From the NCBI GenBank assembly GCA_903813345.2, contig CAIIXF020000001.1, forward strand, positions 3,534,001-3,598,000: a stretch of 64,000 nt of DNA. The letters run 5' to 3'. The notes beneath the pieces were generated by a model that was not told where the DNA came from, did not search any database, and was given only the letters and a program-made list of their open reading frames with translations. Source of the stretch: Owenia fusiformis. Its lineage: Eukaryota. Shown here piece by piece: positions 37,136 to 49,300 of the stretch. A program made the position numbers and the translations under genes. Within the stretch, counting starts at the first letter, position 1; each line of letters opens with the position of its first letter.

Positions 37136-40061
37136 TCCTTGTTAGGCATATTGAGCTTCATACATTCAAAACTTCTAACTTAGTAATTTGCATTGTTGAC
37201 TCAATAGTTGAAACCATATTCAGGTATAACTCTGCTGTGTAGTGTGTATTGTAATCACTGAGAAGAACACGGCATTTGATACCCTTTGCATTCGTTTGAC
37301 TTCACTTCTTAAAAGAGAGCTTCGTCTTCACTCTTTCAAACTAAAATAAACCTGTGAACTCACCGCACCAATCAGTGTTCGTCGGCCAAATTTGACCGAC
37401 GTTCTTTATATGGTCATTCCTTCTGACGTCATCGTTGAGCCCAGAATTGACCAATGACATGCGCATATTTAATTAGAACGCATTTGGCGCATGTTTCTTC
37501 AAGCTCGCTGATTGGCATGGAAGGTCAGCGCGTACGTCAACAGTGATTTACCCAAACTGTCACCGGTACCCATCGTTGGGGCGGGGCTACTAAACTGTAA
37601 TATGGTCTCTACTAGGCAGAGTGTAGTTTAACTAGACTCTGCACGCAGGGTAGGCATTTGAGCAGATGAGTTAGAAATATATGAATTTGAATGTTGTGTC
37701 TCTATATTTACATTGGAAATTTTAGTTCATTATCTATTGTACTGTGTTAGGTTATACAATTCATGTACCAAAATATCTACATGTGGTGTGATTCCAGCAT
37801 TATACGTACCTAGGTTGCTGTTTATATTCCAGAAATATTACGAATTAAAAACCTTTTGTACATGTATGTACAAAAATATAAATGTACATGCCATTGTTAT
37901 CTGTTAGATGGCCAATTCACTGACTATTGTCTATGCCGTTAGATAAAAGAGGAACTTCTGAGAACTTGGATAGTACTGATAATGTCAAATCTGTAACTGC
38001 ATTGGTATATTTAAGATAGAAATTGCAAATGCAATCGATCAGTTTGAAAAAGTAAGGAAGTCACTTTAGCAATTAGTTCTGATGCATGGAAAGGCCAGTA
38101 TAAAAGTAAATATCAGAGGCATAGCCAGGATGAAAAATAAGGTGAGGCAAATGTAAACATGTGAGGCAAATAAGGCATATGTAAATATATGTTGATATCC
38201 TTGTAGGAGTAAATGAACTTTTAAAGGTTTTTCAGCATTGTGTCAATGGGGATTTAGCCCAACCTTTTTATTTAGACAACTAGAAAATCATTAGAATTTG
38301 AATAAAGGTAAATAATGCTGCAAATCAATGTTGTTTTGATAGAAAATTACACCCAGAATTCAAATATGCCATCAAATAGAAATAAATGTTAGTCTTTAAT
38401 GGTTAAAAATGCAGATCTCCTAAAATCTCATTAAAAAACGAGACTTTAACAAGATTTCAAAGCTGTATGGAAAAAGGACCATTGCCTCTTTGCCCCATTT
38501 CGGCTGCATTCATGAATAATTATTCTATTATGCATTAAAATCAATGAACAAATTACTTATATTTATATCACAAAAATGTATTTGTTTAAATTTTAGAACT
38601 GGGTATTTCCAGTGCCATATTATGTACAAAGACAGAGCGAGCTTTATGAGCAAACTACGCCAAATTGCAGTAAACAATATCATACATTTAACTGTACATA
38701 TTTATAATACAACTTTACATTCTGAATAAAATGGAAAATTCTCCATAATAAAGTATATTGTTCATTTACCATTTCAGGTCTATTATGCAGAGCTGATGAA
38801 TCTCATGCACACTTTTCTTAATAGAAAAACTATAACAACTTGAAATTATTTACATTATTATCAACAAGAAATTGCCAACAATAAAAGATCCACATATACA
38901 GAGAAAAGTGCTTAGAATTATATAGATTTAAATTTCTTAAAAGCATTCAATTATATGGTATCCTTTGCTTTGTTAAATCTGCCAACGTTAGAATCCTGAG
39001 AACCAAAATGCAACAATACAATGCAGTGTTTCACATTTGTGAATAAGACTTCCAAAAAGTCAATATTTTTAAGCACGTTTCACTGAATAATCTTCATAGG
39101 GACATTTATGCTAAGTCCAAAATGCATACAATAATATCTATACTAAACTACCTTACATCTTTATCTTATAGTAAATAAATTAAATCTTGCATTTTATGCT
39201 ATATAAAAGGTGATGTCACTTGCACATTTGGCAATTATATACAATGTACACGGACACACCGACACACCTTTAATTCAATTATATTTTGCCAGCAAAACTA
39301 GCAGTTGTATCTTGAATACCTAGATTGAGACATTTATTGTACATTCAAATATTTGTTTTCAAAAATTACCTATCAGATAAAAACTCAGTAATATCTACAT
39401 GGACAAGATGCATACATTAACTGCTTATTTCATAAAAATGTTTACTTTAGCTTAATCCTAACTTTAACAGCTGAGGAACAGTACATATCCTTATATAAAT
39501 GATTTACATACAAGAGAAAATGTCAGTACAATATTCTATATATATTTTATATATTCATGATCATGAGTTACTATAACTTTTATATCTGATTTCATTTTTA
39601 AAGTACACATTCTCTAAAAAGCACCACATTCCGAAAAGAAAGTCCTACTTAAATGTCCAAGAAATGTACGACATTCACATATAATGTATTGTATATAATA
39701 ATGTCTCAACGAAAGTGTATGATTATGTACAATGCTATAAATGAAGTGAATATAAGTGCAAAACATACAAATACACACTAATATGCACAATATATGCCAT
39801 TACATGGACACACCCTGTTTAGCATATCACTTAGCTAAACACTACATATAAATAAGAACATTATTTTGTGTCTAAAATTGCACTAGAAAACAGCTGTGGC
39901 ATGCACTAATGCAAGCAGAATCGCACATTTTTATGATTTTCCACAATGAATGATGAAAAAGTATTCAACAAAAAAATCAAAAAATATTTTAAATGAATGA
40001 AGAGATGTCAAAATATTTTGTGTCATTTTCATCAGGAGAGTCACAAAGATGTTGATTTTGC

Positions 40062-40265
40062 TACAGCTGTATGATGTCCAGCCACTAAGCACAACAGCTG
40101 TATGATGTCCAGCCATTAAGCAAAAAAGCTGTATGATGTCCAGCCATTAAGCACAACAGGTGTATGATGTCCAACCATTAAGCTCAACAGTTTCATGATG
40201 TCTGGTCATCAATATCTACAGCTGTATAATGTTTAGTCAATCCTTATCTACAGCTGCATGATGCT
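40062..40265. repeat. ~31-bp tandem repeat (ACAGCTGTATGATGTCCAGCCATTAAGCACA), about 6 copies, in the presumptive Ror 3'UTR
   Basis: Directly visible, ~85 bp downstream of the Ror stop codon. Confidence 0.85.
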
Positions 40266-40348
40266 CAGTTATAAGCGCAAGTCACACTATTGTCTCATAC
40301 TGTGTGCTACAAGCACTCCTTATAAGGAGTCTGGCGCTTTGATGGATT

Positions 40349-43300
40349 CTATACTGAATTCTTGGGGTCGGGAATGTAGAGATGTGGGTGCGTGTAATTA
40401 ACATTGGGGTAAATACTGCCATTCTTATTGTTCATAATGTTATTGCTGGTGGGACTATGAAGCTTATCCAAATTATTTGTATTGTTATAGTTGTTTGGGT
40501 ATGGGTCATTACGTTTGTAGTTATTTGAGACAGATGAAGCAGAGCTGTTATGAGCCGAGGATTTGTGGCTGGAGACAGAGGGAGGGGGTGAGGGCTGTTT
40601 ATAGATGGGGCGTTGGTACATCAGTTGAGGCTGTTGCTGCTGCTGCTGTTGTTGCATCATCTGCTGCTGCATCATCTGATGTTGTTGTAACAGTTGATAT
40701 GGGTTGACTGGGGGTTGGGTGGGTGGTGGGATTGTGGTTGGCATGGGTCGGTGGCCTAAGGACTGATTGGTTATCTGGCTGGTCTGGGTGTTGTTACTGG
40801 GTCCAGTAGAGTGATGGCTACTAGGTGCACTACTAGAGTGGCCAGATTGGCTGTGAGCAACATGGTTATGTACAGCTAAGCTCTCACCACGCCAATGACG
40901 TAACCTTGTGTTAATCTCTCTAAAGTGGGGCCTCCTACCAGCTACCTCATGCCAGCATTCTATCATGAGCGTATACATGCGAGATGGGCAGTCATCGGGA
41001 CAAGGCAAGACTTGACGCGCCCGGATCATTTCAATCACTTCCTGGTTAGAGAAACCGTAATACGGCTGGAGTCCATAGCTGAATATCTCCCATAATACAA
41101 CCCCATAGCTCCATATATCACTCTCCACTGAGAATTTGCCATAGAGGATAGCCTCTGGGGGCATCCAGCGTACTGGCAACAAGCTCTTGCTCTGTACTCG
41201 ATAATAGTCCGATGAGTATATATCTCTGGACAAGCCAAAGTCTGAGATTTTGACAGTCACATTTTCTCCTACTAATATATTCCTACACGCAAGGTCTCTG
41301 TGCACAAAATGGTGGGTGGCGAGATATTCCATTCCTGCTGCCACCTGATTGGCTATATAAAACATGTCTGATTGGTCGAGGACGTGAGGTGTGGTATCGT
41401 CATCACTGATTGAGACATCTGAATGTGGGGAGTGAGTTTGGAGGTACTCATGTAGGTCCCCATGTGCCATGAACTCAAATAACATACAGTGAGGTTCCTC
41501 TCTGAGACACACACCTATGAGGCATACAATATTAGGGTGCTTTAAATCCTCCATCAAATCAATCTCCTTTTTGAAATCAGTCTGTGTTTTAGACGCTGCA
41601 TTATCTTTCACTGTTTTGATTGCTACTTTAGTGATCGCATGCTCTGATGGGTAGCCAATGAGCTCCCCTTTGTACACCTTGCCAAATGCTCCCTCTCCAA
41701 GTTCCTGGAGGAATCTTATACAGCTCATGGGGTATTCGGTTGATCTGAGGCTCTGCTTGGAGGTCAAAGGACTCAGTTCCATGTTGCCGTTGGAGCGCTT
41801 TGCGGTCTTATCCTTGAGTGCTTGTTTGTTTCTCTTGCACATGCATATTATGAAGAGAAGCAGTGCTAAGGCCAGAGGTACCGCGATACAAGGGACGAGG
41901 ATCATGATGATTTCACTAACGCCTTCGCTGCCCTTTACTTCAGCTGCAAAACACAACAGATGCCAATATCAACACATGCATTAACAAAAAAGAAGAAGAA
42001 TGCAATTCTAACTGAGCATGTTAAATGGCAAGTGCGTGTCTATGTCTTCATTACACTGGATGTGGATATGAACCAGTAAAGAGACACAATGTTGTTCACT
42101 ACAATAGAAAACTTAAAGGGTCTAAACTCTTACCAAACCAAATCATGAAGTTTCATCAAATTCTAAGCTAGCAGTGTACAATGATGTTTCATACTCAATA
42201 TCATTCTAGTCTAGACCCTTTAAATACATCAGTTTCAAGCTTCTAGGTGTAAAGTTGATGTTATTTTACAACAACACATTTCAGAAATACATCTCCAAAA
42301 CAGCAAATTCAAAAATCATCTACAAAACAAAACTGAAGAATGAGTAAAAAGGCATGCTAAAAACTAGTGCTAATGCAAATGTCTTAAAATAATGAACATG
42401 ATGATGAGATAAAAATCTAATTTTACATTCCCTCTTCAATCAATGTAACAGACAATATTTTCCAAAAATGTAATTCTCCTTAGTTGATATGAAAGAAGTA
42501 ATGCTAATTTGCATTTGCAATGACACAATTGTTTATGTCTATAAAGGGTCTAATTGGGGTGTCTATCAGGTGTCGCAATCAGTGGAATGCATATCTGTTT
42601 ACATATTTGATGCCAAATACTATTCCAGTAACTATGGGAATGAACTGGATTGTTCCTTGGTTGCTATGGTAACTAGCACTGTTGCCATACCGACTCAACT
42701 TCCTATAATAAACTGAAAAAGAAAATTTGGGATGAATGGAGGTACAGAATAGAGGAACAAAGGCAAGAACTTGTATGACATGTATGTACCTAAAGTCTGA
42801 AGTGAAGTAACCCTTTATCAAAATAATAATTAAAGACTTATGAAATCATTTTATCAGTCAAGGTTGCTACTGAGGGTCCATTGTTTGATACAAAGAATCA
42901 ACATTGAGAAAAGATAAATGCAGTCTCTGGATTATAAGTTCAATTAATAAACAATCCACGAATTCTGAATCTGTAGCAAAGGTTATTTATTTATACGATA
43001 AGACAGAAATTATGATTTTATGAAACTTCCACCACATATTTCAAATGGTAACTTTTAAAAATATATTAAAATTAAAAATATCAAATCAGCAAATAATTTG
43101 GGAAAAGTTGTATTTAATTTAATCAAGACATCATGCTTTACTGTACTCAGGAAAGTACAAAATAGAGGTAAACTTATTTTAATAAGATGCAATGCCATGC
43201 CTGATGTAAGAGTCACTTTATGAGAGAGTATCAAAGAATTATCTCAAGGTTTTGTATCCAACTTATTCAAATAAAGAAAGTAAATAGAGAGGCATCAAGC

Positions 43301-46300
43301 TCCTAGCAATAAACTTGTATTCTTGACAATATAAACTCTCTTGAAATTAATCAATCAGTCTTATTTATTAATTATTATCATAAGATAGTGTTCATTTTTG
43401 TTTACTTAATTCATCTTGTGAATGCATGGTTCCGAACATCATTCATGTCTCGAGCCCTTCTTTCAGAGGATGCATTAAATTCTTAAATTCACTGAATATT
43501 TACAAGACTCTAGACAGCCTTTAGACTTCCTTATTATAAAGTAAAATTACTTAAGATTACTCTGTAAATAGCATGGGGTCCCATCCGATAATACTATTTT
43601 CAAATCAACTTTGCATTAACTTGTGACTGAACATAATGAAGAAGCTAAATTTAAGTCTACTCCTTTATACTTTATTTGCTTGATATACTTACAGCATTTA
43701 GGTATAGAGCATAGCTCTCTAGGAACATTGGGGTTTCTAGTAAAGCACCAGGGGGCATCTTCCCTGTTTCCAGGGTTACGGCAATAATTGTGGTCACCTG
43801 GGAAACAGAAAAATACATTATTCTGTAACATTTAAAGAAGATATGGATCATACAAATCAAGTTTATATTCGAGGCACACCCATGATATAACATCCAAACC
43901 TCAGACATACTGTCCAATGAAAACCCTTACGCCCATAAATAATATAGCAAATCATAGGAGAGAATTTGTATCATGTGTAATCTTAATAAAATATTAACTA
44001 ATAATACCAGCTTAATAACTTATTCATTAACTTATGATTGATTTCTAATCAGCTGGCACTTCCTTTAACTTTTCTGAAAATATGAGTTACTAAAATGGAT
44101 ATAAAAATGATCATAGTTGTTTTAATATTCTAAATCTAAAAAAATGCTGATTCTCAATGCGCATTAAGATAATTAACATTTTGATATTGAAAAGAGTTAA
44201 ATAGTTTATGTAAGAAAATAATCTGCTATAGCTGGTGACAATGTACAATGAAATACAATGTATGCATAAAATGTGTATAATGAAATACAAAACATTGAAT
44301 TGATATGATGATCATACCTAGTTCAGGAAAACTTGAAGTTTGGAAAAAACTCATTGGATTGTGAGGTGAGTTTTCGTTCCACTTTTGGCACTCATATCCA
44401 GACAGAGTGTGACTCACTGTGCCTCTGTAAGTGTTCCCTGTCCCATTGTAGCATGTATGGCCTGAAATATATCATAAAAATTTACATGACAGAAAATTGA
44501 TGAAAAATATCAAAATGTTCAAAAATTTATCAAGTCAAATACACCTGTAATAGGAAAGGGGAGGGAAGTAGTTAAATGTCACTAAAGGTGTCAGCACTCT
44601 CTTGCAGTACTAAGAAGTGATTGAAACCTGTAGTGCCATCTTTTAATGTGATTCAACTCTATCAGATACCGTATATTCCTGTAAGGTGAGACAGAGAATA
44701 ATATTATTAAACAAGTATAATCTATCTAAACTAAACTTAACTTAAGAAGAAGAAGTTACTTACGTATATCTAGATTACGGCTGGGCCCAAGAGCACCAAC
44801 GCTGAGACAATTGGCAGCCTCAGGGGTCCCTGGTAGGGGGAGGATATCACACTTGGGTAGGATAATCTTATCAGCTAAAACACAAAAATGCACGCATAAA
44901 TAAAATATAGAGCAGATGAGCAGATTTTTACAATTGTTTCCACGTGAACAAATTGACTTAAGGATGTGTCACAACTGAAAAGTGAATTATTACAACGTAA
45001 ATTCCCATCCTTTTGTGCTAATTACCATGTGTATATGACCTTGTTTTTATGTTTTGAGCAAATATGTTGAGAATTTATTGTTCAATTTGATTAAGACCTT
45101 TTTCCTAGGTGACAGATTTGTGAGCTGTTATCATAGGTGAAACTGGCAGATTTGAGAATATATTGTTTCTCGAGGCAATCTAAAATGTTCAGGTAAACTT
45201 AGCATCAAAGCTTAGTTTAATGTCCATAAAGTCAAGATGTTCGAATGTATAGACCTTTGCTTGATACAACTTGACTTTTACAGCAGAAAGGTGCTAGAAA
45301 GAAGTGAAATATTGACCCATTAACCATCTTTATATCCCCACAGTTTTTCACTCACATGGAAAAAGCCCACACATTTCTTACATTCTGTTTTCCAAGAGCT
45401 GAAGAAGGAACATATTTGAAGCTCATTTATCAAAAATAGTTTTGATTGTGTAACACTTGGATTGATATGAGAGGAATACATAGACATGTGTTACATAAAT
45501 CATTTCTCCAGACAGATTACTTGTACAAGACATACTCTACAGATAGCGCCTAATTAACTGTATGTTCAACCAAACCAACCCCTAACTGTGCAACCAAAGC
45601 TAAAACACATACCTATTAAAGGATTGGCACTTGCAATGAGAAACTCATTTTTGCATATCGTATCCTCTAAGGCTACACATTCCTCTCTGCAGATTTTCTT
45701 CGGTTTGGGTTTTGGTCCGCTGTTGTCACATAGCGGAAATGCATTGAAACAGAGACTGGGTATTGCGTATTTTGCACAATTGGCAGATAGATCACTAGAC
45801 TGGGCTATCACAGAATATGCAGCTGAAAGAACAACATAGACAGTTTTAGATTTCTATAATAGCAAATGGCCAGTTGCATTTGCTAAGGAACACCAAATAA
45901 TCAAAGGTTATTATTAAGTTTTTATTTTTCCCATAATATTTAACCAGGTATCGCAATCGGGCGTCATGACATACGTGGTTACAGAATTCAACAAATGAGA
46001 ATTTCCAAGCTATTCACATCATTATAACTTGTTTGGAAAGTAAACCTCACAATCTGTTGTTATGCTATTTCATTGAAATGTGACAACAAATGTAAAAAAA
46101 ATTATTCATTTCTATTATTTTCTCTACAAAATCCCAAATTATTTGATGAATTTCTCGTACTTGCTAATCTCTCATCTATCTGCTTCTGTTGAACCTTAGA
46201 TGTGACATAGATGCTTTTGTTGGCCAGGAATTTGTGACACGCAGCACCCTTGTATGGTTGACAGAACCCTTCCATCTGTCTAGCTTCCTCTCCATACATT

Positions 46301-49300
46301 CTGAAAGAATAAAATACAGAACATCAATATTTTTTATAAATTTTGCATAAACTAAACTCAAACTAGATAACAGCAACTGCAAAGCTCGGCAAATCCCATC
46401 GAACAGCCATGACTGCCATTTTTACAAAATCCTTCTACTACTTTTTCAGTTATAGCAAAAATTGTAAATAAAGCACATAAAAATGGCCACCATTTTTGAA
46501 ATGGTTGCTCACTGCCAAATTGTCATTAGAAGGTGTAATATGCTTTTAAGTCGGCACGTATAGAATTTCAACAAAATTGCACATACGAGGGGTGATCCAA
46601 AAGTCTTGGACGCCTCGCTGTAACTTTGCTATTTTCTTATATAATTACGTGAAAGTTTCAGAGAGTAAAGATTAACATCTTAACAACTTTGTGTATAAGT
46701 TTCAACAGAAAATAATATATTTCAGCTACTTTTCTAAATGTTTTTTAATACCGGGTCCCTGCCACCCGGAACGGTATTTAAATATAGCAAATCACGTCAC
46801 ACCTGTTGTAATATGGTAAATACTTTAGGTGCAGGTGCACAACCTAACACCAGTCACGATATGGGAGAATTTCCGATTTTCAGGCTAAGTGCCATCTGCC
46901 ATAATCATTTTCACATATTAAGACCTACTTTTCAACATATTTTCCGCGAATTTGAACACATTTTTCATACCGCTTTACCAATGAATAGAAGACATTTATG
47001 AAACCGCCATTGCTTATGTGATACAAATGCTGCTGGAGTGCCACTCTAAACCTCATACAATGAGTAATAAAAAAATTTCAACCCTCCTTTTTTGTAGAGA
47101 AAAGGAAGAAAATCACACGGAGCCATATATAGACTGTATCGTGCATATGGTAGCTGCTCAAGGTCAATAATAGTGAAAATATCTTGTACTATTCTTTGTT
47201 CCACTTTGATTTCTTTCATGTTCTGTATTTCAGCAGCCATCTTGCAGCAAAAATGATACCAGAATGAGGGTTGCTTGTCTGATGTCATTTTCTTAGAATT
47301 TGACAGATACGTGACATATGTGACATTATAACTAAAACACAATTAATTGGTTGAGTAGTAACAAAGGAAGTAAACTAACATGGTTTAACATTCAAAATTC
47401 AAAGAAAGATAGTGGTCAAGACTTGCGAAACAAGTGAAATGGCGGCAACATTTAAGGCTGAAAGTTGCCATGTGCGAATACCGTTCCGGGTGGCAGGGTC
47501 CCTATATTAAAAACTATCTAGAAAACTACATAAAATATATCATTTCTCCATGAAATTATTACACAAAGTAGTTAGGTTGTTGGTCTTTATTATTGGAAAG
47601 TTTAAAGTAATTTTATCAAAAACGAACAAAATTAGAGCAGGGCGTCCAAGACTTTTGGATCACCCCTCGTACATACTTATAAACATGAGCAGGGGAATTT
47701 GTCCCACATATGTGCACATGAGAAGTCAAGATCTAAGAAGTGGTATTATGATCGCAGTGATATTATAATCTTGGTGGCATATGATCTTGGTTGTATTATG
47801 ATCTCAGTGATATTATAATCTTGGTGGCATATAATCTTGGTTGTATTATGATCTCAGTGATATTATAATCTTGGTGGCATATGATCTTGGTTGTATTATG
47901 AGCTCAGTGTTATTATAGTCTCAGATCTTGAAGTTTTCAAGTGTCTTGGCATGATCCCACATTTGTTCTACATACTTCACTAAATGGTTCATTAGGATGA
48001 GGAATACCAGTTATGTGAACATACATAATATAGGTATCGCAATCAGGCTTCATGACATGCGTGGTTACAGAATTCAACAAGTGAGAATTCCATAGCTATT
48101 CTCATCATTATATCTTGTTTGGAAAGTAAACCTCACAATCTGTTGTATGCTATTTCATTGAAATGCGACAACAAATGTAACAATTATCTTGAGTATAATA
48201 CACATACCAGAACATTCTTAGCTATGGAAACGTCTAAATCCATTGTGAAAAGAACCTAAGATAATTTAGTCCCAGTCAACTGCCCTTTATAGGTCCTTTG
48301 CCTCCACAGAGTTAATTGAGAAATGTAATGCTTGGGGGAGGGGGGGATTCACTGAGAAAACAACTCCAGCATTGATTCATGCAATACCAATAATTAAGGT
48401 TCAATTGATTCTTTTTCTTTATATTAACCAACAATCAATAGTGTATAAATGAATTCTTATGTTCTTCAATAACCAATATCTTGTTTTTGGTAACCTTGCC
48501 TGCTTAGATATCCTTGGAGATGCCAATATCAGCCACAACATGGTTTTATGATACAGTGTATGATAAAAAACAACTAGGAATTTTTGTTTGGTAAAAGAGA
48601 AGTCCAAAGAGATGCAGTATTTCAACAAGATAAGAACTGTTTGATATCAAGGGATTTTTACCTACAAAGATGAAGGGAATGATTCTAAAGAAACAAACAA
48701 ACAAAGATGGCCAAATCCTTCTGATACAATCAAGGTGGTTGCGAGAAGTGCATTGAAAGCTGAAAATTATGTAATGTTTTTGGTCGAGAGGGACGATAGG
48801 GACGATAGATCAAAGGGAGAGGGACGATATATCAAAGAATACAACTCCTCACTTCAACTCATTTTACAGGCAATAATAAAACTCTTAAAATCTGAGAGAT
48901 TACCACCAACATTGAACAAAGAATGTGAAAATATATTTCAGGTGATTTTCAGTAAACCTTTGACATCTGATTGTAGGCCAATAAATAAAACTGATCAACG
49001 ATACAAAGTATAATCAAAAGCAAGTAAAAACAGCTTTGATATAAGAGGATAACAAATCTCAACGCAGACAGCCCAACTTATTTGAGTTTAAACCAATTAA
49101 AGAATAGGATTAATCTTCACAATGGTCCTATAAGTTACTCATCAGTTTTCAAACTAAATGATACTCTTTAAAATTCCTTAGTAGTTACTCCTTTTTCTGA
49201 AGTGAAGGGGCTCTTTTAACATTTTAAGTGCCCCAATTTATCTGCTATTGATGTTTTAACAAGATACTTTGGGAGATTTCTACTGAAGTGATCCATAGAC

